Of a stretch of 64,000 bases of DNA, positions 1 through 11,182 are shown piece after piece. Location of the stretch: the NCBI GenBank assembly GCA_965213685.1, contig CBDBZY010000003.1, positions 64,001-128,000 of the forward strand. The letters are read 5' to 3'. Made by a program: the position numbers and the translations under genes. The DNA is from a bacterium. GTDB taxonomy: Bacteria > UBA8248. The notes beneath the pieces were generated by a model. The model was not told the DNA's origin. It did not search any database and worked only from the letters and a program-made list of their open reading frames with translations. The number at the start of each line of letters is the position of its first letter. Position 1 is the stretch's first letter.

Positions 1-13
1 GCAGGGGAAGGCG

Positions 14-1000
14 ATGAGTGGGGGAGCCTTTCTTCGGCTTCGGGGACTGGATGGAAGGCGCCGGTGTTTTCTGCCGCTCGCCTTGGCCGCCTCGCTGCTG
101 TTTCCCGCGGCGGCGCGCCCCGATCCGGCCGCGCGCGCACCGCTCGCCATCCGCTCTCTCCTGCTCGACGGCGCCTCCGTCGGCGCCCGGCTGGTGGTGG
201 TGGGCGAGCGCGGCCACGTGCTGGTCTCCACCGATGCGGGCGCGAGCTGGAAACAGGCCCGGGTGCCCACCCGCGCCCTGCTCACGGCGGTGCACATGCA
301 CGATGCGCGCACGGGCTGGGCGGTGGGGCACGACGCGGTGATTCTGCGCACCGACGACGGCGGCATGACCTGGCGGATGGTGCATCACGCGCCCCGGGAG
401 GAGCGCCCCCTGCTCGACGTCTGGTTTCGCGACGCGCGCACCGGCTTCGCGGTGGGGGCGTACGGCTATTTTCTGGCCACCGGGGACGGCGGCCGCACCT
501 GGACGCCGCGGATGATTGGCGAGGAGGATTTCCATTTCAACGTGTTGGCCCCCGCCGGGTCGGGTCGGCTGTTTCTCGCCGGGGAGTCGGGCGCCGTCTA
601 CCGCACCGACGACGGCGGGGACACCTGGCGCAAGTTGTCCTCCCCCTACGTCGGTTCGTGGTTCGGCGCGCTCGCACTGGACGCGAACCGGCTGCTGCTG
701 CTGGGGCTGCGGGGCCGCCTGTTTCGCTCCGAGGACGGGGGCGAGAGCTGGGCGCCGGTGCCCACCGCGACGAAGGCGACGCTGACCGGGGCGGTGCGCA
801 TGAAATCCGGCTTGCTGCTTGTCACCGGTCTTGAAGGCACCCTGCTCGTCAGTCGCGACGGCGGGCGCAGCGTTTCGGTCGACGCCGCGTTCGGGACGCC
901 GCCCTCCCGCCAGGGAATCTCGACGGCCATCGCGCTTGCCGACGGCGGCGCGCTGCTGCTGGGAGAATTCGGCGTCAAGCGCTTGTCCCGGACTCGGTAG
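14..1000 (+). CDS. YCF48/BNR (Asp-box) repeat beta-propeller protein, secreted; usual partner of MMPL/RND transporters
   Basis: Signal peptide followed by repeated S/TxDGGxT/SW Asp-box motifs and VGERGH / GWAVGHDAVIL; directly upstream of an MMPL gene. Confidence 0.88.
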   Translation: MSGGAFLRLRGLDGRRRCFLPLALAASLLFPAAARPDPAARAPLAIRSLLLDGASVGARLVVVGERGHVLVSTDAGASWKQARVPTRALLTAVHMHDARTGWAVGHDAVILRTDDGGMTWRMVHHAPREERPLLDVWFRDARTGFAVGAYGYFLATGDGGRTWTPRMIGEEDFHFNVLAPAGSGRLFLAGESGAVYRTDDGGDTWRKLSSPYVGSWFGALALDANRLLLLGLRGRLFRSEDGGESWAPVPTATKATLTGAVRMKSGLLLVTGLEGTLLVSRDGGRSVSVDAAFGTPPSRQGISTAIALADGGALLLGEFGVKRLSRTR

Positions 1001-1010
1001 CCTCCCGCCG

Positions 1011-3374
1011 ATGCCGGACGCCTCCCCCTCCTCCCTTTCCTCCGAACCATCCCCCTTGACGGCGCGAATGGAGCGGATGCTGTTCTCGCGCCGCCGCCTC
1101 GTCCTCGCGGCGTTCGTCCTGCTCACGCTGGCGATGGCCTGGCTGGCCACCGGTTTGCGGGTCGACGCCGGCTTCACCAAGCTGGTGCCGCTTCAGCATG
1201 AGTACATGCGCACGTTTCTCAAGCATCGCGCCGAGTTCGCCGGTGCGGACCGCGTGGCGGTGGCGCTCGTGGCGCGACGCGGCGATATTTTTACGCCCGC
1301 GTTCTTCAGCCTGCTTCAGAAGGTGACCGACGCGGTCTTCTTCCTGCCGGGCGTGGATCGCACCCAGGTGTACTCCGTGTTCACGCCGAACGTGCGCTTC
1401 ACCGAGGTGGTGGAGGACGGCATCGCCGGCGGAAACGTGCTGCCGGCGGATTTTCGGCCGACGGAGGCCGGCTTCGCGCGGGTGCGCGAGAACATCGTCA
1501 AGGCGGGCATCGTCGGCCGGCTGGTGGCGAACGACTTCTCCGGCGCGCTCGTCAGCGCCAGGCTGCAGGAGTTTCATCCGAACACCGGCGAGCGGCTCGA
1601 CTATCTGGAGGTCGCGCGCGCCCTGGAGGCCATACGCCGGGAGGCGCAGGCCCACGGCGGCGTGGACGTCCACATCATCGGCTTCGCCAAGGCGGTGGGG
1701 GAGATTGCGTCGGGTGCGGCCGAGGTGCTGATGTTCTTCGGGGTCGCCGTCGCGATCACCGCCCTGTTCGTGTACGCCTACACCCGCTCGGCGCGCCTCG
1801 CCGCGATGCCGCTGGCCTGCTCTCTCGTCGCGGTGGTCTGGCAGCTCGGCGCGCTCGCCGGCCTCGGCTTCGGCGTTGACCCGATGTCCATCCTGGTGCC
1901 GTTTCTGGTGTTCGCCATCGGGGTGAGCCACGGGGTGCAGATGGTGAATTCCGTGCAGGCCGAGGGGGGCGGCCTCCTCGCCGCGCGGAGGAGCTTTCGC
2001 CGCCTGCTGCTGCCGGGGACGGTGGCACTCGCGTCCGACGCCATCGGGTTCGTGGCCATCTACCTCATCGAGGTGCGGGTCATTCAGGAGATCGCCATCA
2101 CCGCCAGCCTGGGCGTGGCGGCGGTCATACTCACGAACCTGGGCCTGCTGCCGGTCGCGCTCTCCTATCTGGAGGGAGGCGCAGGGGCGGAGCGGGGAGG
2201 GCGCACCCGTCTTTTCCGATCCCTCTGGGCGCGCGCCGCAAGGGTGGCCCAGCCGAGGCCCGCCGCCTGGGCGATCGGCGTGGCCGCGCTCCTGCTGCTG
2301 GTCGCTGCGCATTACGCTCCGCAGGTCCGGGTGGGCGATCAGCACCAGGGCGTGCCGGAGTTGCGCGCACACTCCACCTACAACCTCGACAGCGCGGTCA
2401 TCGCCGGCCGCTTCGACATCGGCGTGGACGTGTTGACGGTGATTGCCGAAACCGTGGCGCAAGGGTGCGTCGACCACGGGGTGATGCGCGCCATCGACGC
2501 GTTTGAGTGGCGGATGCGGAACGTGGACGGCGTTCGCTCGGTGGTGGGGCTCGCGGGGGTCGCCCGCAGGCTCAACGCCGGCTGGAACGAGGGGAGTCTC
2601 AAATGGCGCACCCTCCCGCGCAACAGTCAGCTGCTCGCGCAGTCCGTCGCCCTCGTGCCGACGAGCAGCGGGCTGCTCAACGCCGACTGCTCGGCGATGC
2701 CGGTCATGATCTACACCGCCGACCACAAGGCGGAGACCATCCGCCGGGTCGTCTCCGCCGTGAAGGCCTTCCGCGACGGGCGGAACGACGACAGGGTCTC
2801 CTTTCGCCTGGCCGCCGGAAACGTCGGGGTGATGGCGGCGACCAACGAGGAGATCGAGGCCTCCCAGTTCCCGATTCTCGGATACGTGTACGCCTCGGTG
2901 ATCGCGCTGTGCCTGGTCTCGTTCCGTTCGGTGACGGCGACGATCTGCATCATCTTCCCCCTCGCCCTGGTCTCCCTGCTCGCCTACGCGCTGATGGCGT
3001 TCCTGCAGATCGGGCTCAAGGTCTCCACGCTGCCCGTGGTGGCCCTCGGCGTGGGCATCGGGGTGGATTACGGGATATATATCTGCGGACGGCTCCTCGC
3101 CTACCTGGAGGAGGGGCTGGATTTCGCCGCGGCATACGAGCGGACGCTCGCCACTACGGGCGCCGGCGTGGTGCTCACCGGCCTGACGCTGGCGGTCGGA
3201 GTGGCGACGTGGATTCTCGCGCCCCTCAAGCTGCAGGCCGACATGGGCACGGTGCTCTCGTTCATGTTTCTCGTCAACATGGTGGGCGCCATCGTGCTGC
3301 TGCCCGCACTCGGCGCGTTTCTGGTGAGGCCCGGGGCGCGGAAGAACGCCCGACCGGGGCGGGCGGGCGGATGA
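1011..3374 (+). CDS. MMPL/RND-superfamily membrane transporter
   Basis: Two halves, each one TM helix + periplasmic domain + 5 TM; motifs AIGVSHGVQ and GIGVDYGIY; start inferred at ATG 1011 within ORF 819-3374. Confidence 0.9.
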   Translation: MPDASPSSLSSEPSPLTARMERMLFSRRRLVLAAFVLLTLAMAWLATGLRVDAGFTKLVPLQHEYMRTFLKHRAEFAGADRVAVALVARRGDIFTPAFFSLLQKVTDAVFFLPGVDRTQVYSVFTPNVRFTEVVEDGIAGGNVLPADFRPTEAGFARVRENIVKAGIVGRLVANDFSGALVSARLQEFHPNTGERLDYLEVARALEAIRREAQAHGGVDVHIIGFAKAVGEIASGAAEVLMFFGVAVAITALFVYAYTRSARLAAMPLACSLVAVVWQLGALAGLGFGVDPMSILVPFLVFAIGVSHGVQMVNSVQAEGGGLLAARRSFRRLLLPGTVALASDAIGFVAIYLIEVRVIQEIAITASLGVAAVILTNLGLLPVALSYLEGGAGAERGGRTRLFRSLWARAARVAQPRPAAWAIGVAALLLLVAAHYAPQVRVGDQHQGVPELRAHSTYNLDSAVIAGRFDIGVDVLTVIAETVAQGCVDHGVMRAIDAFEWRMRNVDGVRSVVGLAGVARRLNAGWNEGSLKWRTLPRNSQLLAQSVALVPTSSGLLNADCSAMPVMIYTADHKAETIRRVVSAVKAFRDGRNDDRVSFRLAAGNVGVMAATNEEIEASQFPILGYVYASVIALCLVSFRSVTATICIIFPLALVSLLAYALMAFLQIGLKVSTLPVVALGVGIGVDYGIYICGRLLAYLEEGLDFAAAYERTLATTGAGVVLTGLTLAVGVATWILAPLKLQADMGTVLSFMFLVNMVGAIVLLPALGAFLVRPGARKNARPGRAGG

Positions 3375-3498
3375 CGCCCATCCGCACCGGCCGGCATCTG
3401 CGTCCCGCTTTGCCGAGCGGGCAACGCGACTCTACCGGCGGGCTTTTCGCGCTCTCCTCGGGCGTTGGCCGCAAACGCGAGATGAGAGGAGCGTCCCG

Positions 3499-3960
3499 TT
3501 GATGAGGGGTCGCGCCCCCGCCGTTCCGTCCGCCTTGGCCGCGCTCGTCTTGCTCTGCGGATGGGCCGAGGCCCAATCGCCATTCGATAGGGGCGTGGTG
3601 CGCATCACGCAAGACGGGCGCGAGGCGCGCCTCAAAGTCGAGATCGCCCGGAATCGCCGCACCCGCGCGAGGGGGCTCATGGGCCGCGCGCACCTGGCCG
3701 AGAATGCGGGGATGCTCTTTGTTTTTGAGGGGGAGGAGCGCCGGTTTTTCTGGATGAAAAACACGCGGATTCCCCTGTCGCTCGCCTTCATCGGCCCGGA
3801 GGGGCACGTTCTGGAGATCGTCCACCTCCAGCCGCACAAGCCGGGGAGGAGGATTCCCTCCTACACCTCCCGCCGCAAGGTGCGGTGGGTACTGGAGGTG
3901 AACCAGGGCTGGTTCCTGCGCAATGGCTTCGGGCTGGGCGCGCGCGTGCTCATGGAGTGA
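3499..3960 (+). CDS. DUF192 family protein
   Basis: VEIA...RARGLMGR..L....GMLFVF....FWMKNTRIPLSLAFI...VLEVNQGWF signature. Confidence 0.9.
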   Translation: MMRGRAPAVPSALAALVLLCGWAEAQSPFDRGVVRITQDGREARLKVEIARNRRTRARGLMGRAHLAENAGMLFVFEGEERRFFWMKNTRIPLSLAFIGPEGHVLEIVHLQPHKPGRRIPSYTSRRKVRWVLEVNQGWFLRNGFGLGARVLME

Positions 3961-5017
3961 ACCCGCGCGCCGCGTCGGTCGCTTTTCGGCCGAGGGGCAG
4001 AAGCGGCATGACTTCTGCGGCGAAGCGCTCCATCTCCTCGAACATGGGGTGGAACTGGAGCAAAAACAATTCCACCCCCGCCTCGTGAAACGCCATGATG
4101 CGGCGGGCGATGGTTTGCGGGGAGCCGACGAGTCCCGTCGCCGTGCCGCCGTTCGAGCCCACGCCGCCCGCCCGCGCGCTCGTTTTCCTGTGCTGGGCGG
4201 CCCTGTCGACCCCCTGGAGTTTTGGCGCCTCCGTGATGAGCGAGAAAAGACGCCCGAGTTCCGCCTGGGCTTCCGCGTCGCTCTCGCGGCAGACGATGAA
4301 AGAACTCATCCCGTGGCGCACCCGTCTGCCGTGCGCCTCCGCCTCCCGGTTCACGTCGGCCATCAACGCCTGCGCGTCCGCGAGCGGGCGGCCGTTGAAC
4401 AGGAATACGTCCGCCGCCTTGCCGGCCAGCTGCACGGCGGCGGTGGATTCGCCCCCGAAGTAGAACGTGGGCCAGGGCTTTCGCACGGGCCTGGGGGAGG
4501 TGACCCCCTCGGTGATCCGGAAATACCTGCCCTGGAAGCTGAACCGATCCTCCGTCCAGTAGGATTTGAGGATGCGCATCACCTCCTCGGAGAGCGCATA
4601 GCGCTCGTCGTGCGGCGGGAAGGGGATGCCCGCCATCTCGTTCTCCTGCGCCCACCAGCCCGAGACGATGTTGATGGCGAAGCGCCCCCCGCTGATGCGG
4701 TCGATGTTCGCCCCCATCTGGGCGACGAGCGCGGGGTGCCGGTAGGCGCTTTTGGCGGCGACGATGAGTTCGATCTTCTCGGTGACGGGGGCGAGCGCCG
4801 CCGCGGTAATCCAGGCCTCCAGAACGGGCGCGCCCACGCCCTTGATGCTGTTGAGGCTTCTGTCGAGCAGCAGGGTGCTCGCAAAGCCCAGCGCCTCCGC
4901 GCGCTGGACGTAGCGCGCATTGTGCGCGAAGGAGGCCTCCTTCACCGTCTCGGGCCTTTCGACGCGACCGAGAAACGTGCCCCACACGGGCGCCCATACG
5001 CCCATTCTCAACGTCAT
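3950..5017 (-). CDS. LLM-class flavin-dependent monooxygenase (SsuD/SfnG-like)
   Basis: Luciferase-like fold motifs AEALGF, AAALAPVTEKIELIVA, IDRISGGRFAINIVSGW, FGGES, LVGSPQTIA. Confidence 0.88.
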   Translation of the reverse strand: MTLRMGVWAPVWGTFLGRVERPETVKEASFAHNARYVQRAEALGFASTLLLDRSLNSIKGVGAPVLEAWITAAALAPVTEKIELIVAAKSAYRHPALVAQMGANIDRISGGRFAINIVSGWWAQENEMAGIPFPPHDERYALSEEVMRILKSYWTEDRFSFQGRYFRITEGVTSPRPVRKPWPTFYFGGESTAAVQLAGKAADVFLFNGRPLADAQALMADVNREAEAHGRRVRHGMSSFIVCRESDAEAQAELGRLFSLITEAPKLQGVDRAAQHRKTSARAGGVGSNGGTATGLVGSPQTIARRIMAFHEAGVELFLLQFHPMFEEMERFAAEVMPLLPLGRKATDAARGFTP

Positions 5018-5102
5018 GTCCGCTCCCGTCCTCCGCATGGATGAACGAAATCTATCATCCATTCCGCCTGCAAGTCTTGTGGTTCGCGTTCATTTTATTC
5101 GT

Positions 5103-5362
5103 TCAAGGAATCGGGAATGGATACACAGGCTCGTCGCCAGATGTTTTGCCGGTCAACCAAAGGAGGGTCGATTCGAGATGACGGAAACTTCTTGATTGAT
5201 TCCGAAGCCGGTCAAAATCCAATGCTGCGGTGAATTTTGCCTGGTCTCTGGTGGGTTTGTATGATTTCTCCGCTTTCATAGCGCTCGGAGGAGTTGCGGA
5301 ATAGCGGATTGATCGCCCGCGCCCTCCAGTATGAGTGCCGGTTTTCGACAATCTGAAATCAT
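5103..5362 (-). pseudogene. Internally deleted DUF4276-like (Toprim-fold) partner of the AAA ATPase
   Basis: ATG overlaps the ATPase stop (TAATG at 5364-5360) and reads MISDCRKPALILEGAGDQSAIPQLLRAL* (Toprim EGxxD); the C-terminal YKPTRDQAKFTAALDFDRLRNQSRSFRHL is in another frame; the middle of the gene is absent. Confidence 0.68.
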
Positions 5363-6564
5363 TACCCATGGATGCCTTCAATCGACATGAGCTCTCCCAA
5401 AGTGAATAAGCGGTCTCTCGCCGCGTTGAGTTGGGACTTGTGCAGTTCGCCGGCTTTCGTGATCCCGCCGTCGAGTTCGACGGCGATGATTTGCTCGGGC
5501 TGGAATTGATCCAAAAATTCCGGGCTGTGCGTGGTGACGAGAATTTGGGCGGTCCGGGAGACTTCCTTGATGGAGTCTGTAATCAGCCGCAAGGCACCGG
5601 GGTGAACCGTGAGTTCCGGCTCTTCGAGTGCGATGGTGTCCGGCTTCGGGTCCTGGTACAAAGCGACGAGAAGCCCGAGTATGCGGAGGGTGCCGTCCGA
5701 CATCTGGTTCACGTTGAAAGTAGGGGTTTTGTTTTTGTTTTGTTTGCTGATTTGGAATTGCGGCGTCAGATAACCGGCGACGCTTTGCATTTTGACGTTT
5801 TCCAGACCGGGAACTACCTGCTGAAGAGAGTGGATGATCTCGGAAACCGCTTCCGCGCGTTTTCGACCCCTCCTTCTCATATGTTTGAGTATGGACGCCA
5901 GATTTTTTCCTTGTGTTTCCAGGTAAATCTCCTTGCTCTGGTTTTGTGGGGTGCGCAATGTATTCGGAAAAATGGCGTATGATTCAAAATTCCCCAACAT
6001 CTCCCTCAGCCTGGAGAAATCGCTTGCATACCGCGAGTTCAGGAAAAAGTCGTCCGGATCTTCTGTGGGTTCCTTGCTGCTCCCCGAAGGAGGTCGATCT
6101 GCAGAGGGCGTGCTCGAAAGTTGATCGAACAGCGTCGGCTCCTCTGACTCCTCCGCATTGACGTACCGAACGACTGTGTCTTCAGATCGCGTTCTCGAAT
6201 AGCAGTAAGTTTCGGGATGTTTTGCAATTTCCCCGGATTCGCTCCAGATTTCATATCCGTCGCGCAGGGAGCGTAGCGTGAAGGAGAATTCTCCGCGCCA
6301 TCCTTTCCGTGCGGTCTCGAGCTGCAGGGAAACGTCATAGGGCCTCGTAGGAGACCATTGCCGTATCGTCTGAATGCCGTGTCTGTCATTGATCGCCTGG
6401 TCGAGGCCATTTTTCAGGGCGTCGCGGACAAATTTGATCGCGTCTATGATGTTGCTTTTGCCGACCCCGTTCGGACCGACCAGAACATGGACGTCGCCCA
6501 GGTTCAAATCTATGTGTTCGATGCTTCTGTAGTGGCTGATGGAGAGTTTGGTAATCAAAGCCAC
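5362..6564 (-). CDS. AAA_21/AAA_15 ABC-type ATPase (RecF/SMC-like; PARIS/OLD-type defence ATPase)
   Basis: Walker A GPNGVGKSN, signature MSDGTLR, Walker B ALEEPE, H-loop TTHS; visibly lower GC than the flanks. Confidence 0.9.
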   Translation of the reverse strand: MALITKLSISHYRSIEHIDLNLGDVHVLVGPNGVGKSNIIDAIKFVRDALKNGLDQAINDRHGIQTIRQWSPTRPYDVSLQLETARKGWRGEFSFTLRSLRDGYEIWSESGEIAKHPETYCYSRTRSEDTVVRYVNAEESEEPTLFDQLSSTPSADRPPSGSSKEPTEDPDDFFLNSRYASDFSRLREMLGNFESYAIFPNTLRTPQNQSKEIYLETQGKNLASILKHMRRRGRKRAEAVSEIIHSLQQVVPGLENVKMQSVAGYLTPQFQISKQNKNKTPTFNVNQMSDGTLRILGLLVALYQDPKPDTIALEEPELTVHPGALRLITDSIKEVSRTAQILVTTHSPEFLDQFQPEQIIAVELDGGITKAGELHKSQLNAARDRLFTLGELMSIEGIHG

Positions 6565-6731
6565 GCAACCTCATGGACGCGCGGTCCGGATGTATTCAAG
6601 CGGATACGAATGGTAGATTTTTCGGCCCGCGTTTTTCGGGCACGGGCAATCGCTCCCCACCCCCCAAACCCCCCGCCAGGCGTTTGTCCGGGCGGGGATG
6701 GCGCGTGGCGAAGCGCGGGCGGAGGAGAGGG

Positions 6732-8600
<1,869 letters not shown>

Positions 8601-8646
8601 TTATCAACGTGTCGGCGAAAGGGAAACCATCGGAGGTGAAAGACCT

Positions 8647-8722
8647 GTCGCTTCCCTACGCCGGCGCTAACCGGTTCAGGTTCGAAGGGTTTGTTCTCAG
8701 CCTGCAAGGCACCCCCAGCGAA
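8647..8722 (-). promoter_or_regulatory. TPP (THI-box) riboswitch
   Basis: Minus strand reads GGGGTGC..GCTGAGA..ACCCTTCGAACCTGAA CCGG TTAGCG CCGG CGTAGGGAA, matching the TPP aptamer core, upstream of thiC. Confidence 0.95.
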
Positions 8723-8886
8723 CTTTCCATCTCCAAGAGTAGCAGGGGTTGGGCCGGGAGTCAAAAGGGAAATCGAGCGGGAGAGACGATTTGCCCGGCC
8801 TCCGTTTCGTAGTGGCGGGGGGCGCGTTCTGCTATCATGGGACGTTGCGGTTCGGGACGTCCCGGAGCCTGGACGGGGGAGGGCGA

Positions 8887-10791
8887 ATGCCGTTGAGCGT
8901 GAAGCGGAGGTGGGCGTGCGCCGTGGCGGCGGCCGCGTTTTTGGTTTTCTCGGGCGCGTTGTCGAACCCGTTCATGCACGACGACATCGCCATCATCGGA
9001 GAGAACCCCCTCGTGCGCGAGAGCGGCCGCACTCTCGAGGCGTTTCGGCACGACTACTGGGCGGCGGTGGAGACGAGCGAGAAAAGAGACCGCCTCTACC
9101 GGCCCCTCACCATCGCCTCCTTCGCGCTGAACCACGCCCTGGGCGGCATGAACGTGACGGGCTACAGAATCGCCAACGTGTCGCTCCACGCCCTCGCCTG
9201 CGTCATTTTGTTCTGGCTGTCCCTGCGCTTCGGGCTTTCCCCGGGCGCGGCGGGGGCGGTCTCCTTGCTGTTCGCCCTGCATCCGGTTCACACCGAGGCG
9301 GTGAACGCCGTCGTCGCGCGCGCCGACCTGATGGCCGCCGTGGGCGTTTTCGGGGGATTGGGGCTTCTCCTGGGGGTTGCGCTCCCGAGAGCGGAAACGC
9401 GGAGCGCGGAGGGGGGCGGCGGAGGAGGAGAGGAGGGGAGGGACGCCTCGCCGCTTCCGGGCGTTCTCCTGCCGGTTGGCCTCGCCTGCGCGCTCTGTCT
9501 TTTTGCGCTGCTCTCCAAAGAGGCCGGCGTCGCCCTGCTGCTCACCGCCCTCTTGTGGTGGCTCTGGGGACGATATGCGTGGGAGCGTGCGCATCGTCCC
9601 CCTTTCCGGCATACGCTCATCGCCATCTGCGCCTTGGGCCTCGTCCTTCTCGCGTATGTGTGGATGCGGTATGCGGCACTGGGGATGCTGGTGCGCCCCT
9701 ATCCGCCATCCAGGCTGGACAACGTCGCCGCCCTCCTGCCGGCGGGCGGGCGAATCCTCGTCGCCCTCGGCGTCCTGGGCCGCTGCGTCCATCTCCTGGT
9801 TTGGCCGTGGCCGCTGAGCGTGGACTATTCCTTCGCGCAGATTCCGGTGGAGGGGGCGGAAGTCCTCCTCTGGATGGCGGCGGGGGTCTCCTGCCTGGTG
9901 GGGTGGGGCTATGGCGCCTGGCGCCTGCGGAGGGATATGCCGTGGATCGCCTTCGGGCTGGCCCTCTTTGTCGGGGGATATTTTCCCGTCAGCAACTTGG
10001 CGATTCCGGTTGGCACCATCATGGCCGAGCGGGCGCTCTACATTCCCTCGGCCGGTTTTCTGATCGCAGCGGCACCGACGGCGGGCGCGCTGCTCTCCCG
10101 GGGGGGCTGGCGAACTCCCGCAACCGCGCTCGCGGGCGTCTGCCTGCTCTTCGGCGTCTTGACGGCGCAGCGAAACCACGAGTGGGGCGAGACGCTCCGC
10201 TTCTGGCGGCGGACGGCCGAAGTGTCGCCCCGCAGCGCGCGCGCGCAAAGGGTGTATGGGCTGGCGCTGATCGCGCAGAAAAAATTCGGGGAGGCCATCG
10301 CGCCCCTGCGCAAGGCGGTGGAGATTTATCCCGTCTATGATTACGCTTGGGTGGATCTGGGCATCGCGCAGATGCGGATCGGCGAGGAGGCCGGGGCCGA
10401 AATATCCCTCAAGCGCGCCTTGCGGCTCAACGAGAATAACGCGGAGGGACACCTGGCGCTGGGCGCGCTGTATATGGGCGCGAACCGGGGCGACCTGGCG
10501 CGGCCCCGCCTCGAGCGGGCGGTGCGCCTCAAGCCGACGCTGGAGGAGGCGCGTTTCAACCTGGGCACCCTGTATCTGCGGGCGGGGCGGAGGCTTCTGG
10601 CGATAGGGCAGTTCCGGGCGGCGCTGCGGCTCCGGCCGGACCATGGAGGCGCGCACCACAATCTGGCGCTGGCGCTCTTCCTGGAGCGCGACCGGAGAGG
10701 TGCTCGAGAACACGCGAGGGAGGCGGAGAGGCTCGGCGCGCCGCTTCCGGCGGCGTTCATGAGGGAATTATTGGGGCGCGGGCGGCCCTAG
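8887..10791 (+). CDS. TMTC-like membrane protein O-mannosyltransferase (GT-C, DUF1736) with C-terminal TPR repeats
   Basis: FMHDD, YRPLT, HPVHTEAV..V.ARADL, SKE, PWPLSVDY, AERALYIPS motifs; several TPR repeats at the C-terminus. Confidence 0.85.
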   Translation: MPLSVKRRWACAVAAAAFLVFSGALSNPFMHDDIAIIGENPLVRESGRTLEAFRHDYWAAVETSEKRDRLYRPLTIASFALNHALGGMNVTGYRIANVSLHALACVILFWLSLRFGLSPGAAGAVSLLFALHPVHTEAVNAVVARADLMAAVGVFGGLGLLLGVALPRAETRSAEGGGGGGEEGRDASPLPGVLLPVGLACALCLFALLSKEAGVALLLTALLWWLWGRYAWERAHRPPFRHTLIAICALGLVLLAYVWMRYAALGMLVRPYPPSRLDNVAALLPAGGRILVALGVLGRCVHLLVWPWPLSVDYSFAQIPVEGAEVLLWMAAGVSCLVGWGYGAWRLRRDMPWIAFGLALFVGGYFPVSNLAIPVGTIMAERALYIPSAGFLIAAAPTAGALLSRGGWRTPATALAGVCLLFGVLTAQRNHEWGETLRFWRRTAEVSPRSARAQRVYGLALIAQKKFGEAIAPLRKAVEIYPVYDYAWVDLGIAQMRIGEEAGAEISLKRALRLNENNAEGHLALGALYMGANRGDLARPRLERAVRLKPTLEEARFNLGTLYLRAGRRLLAIGQFRAALRLRPDHGGAHHNLALALFLERDRRGAREHAREAERLGAPLPAAFMRELLGRGRP

Positions 10792-11182
10792 CGCCCCGGA
10801 GCGGGGGCCCGCAGCGCTTTTTGTTCTCCCCCTCCACCGGCCGGATACGATCCGTCTCCCGTCCGGTGCGGGGCGATGGCTGCGCGGCCAAAACGGGCGG
10901 GAGCAATGGACGGAAGGAGAAGGATTTTGGAGGGCGCGCCCCTTGCCTCCGGCGGGGTGGCCAAACTTGTTTTCCGCTCCTTGCGCGGTATATTTGTACG
11001 TGCTTGGGGCACGCGCCTGGTTCGGGACTTCTCGTTGCCTCCGCGCCGCCATCCGTTTCGGGGCACTCCCGGCGGACGCCGCGCCGTCCGGTTTGCGGTT
11101 TCCGCGGGCGGTGAAGGATAATCGGCGCGAGTGCCCCAGAGGGGCGTCGTTTCTGAAGGGGCTGTCTTCATATGGGGGTCTT

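Noticed and set aside
10792-11182. Possible ncRNA in the intergenic gap
   Set aside because: Only GC-rich hairpins expected by chance; no recognisable RNA family motif.
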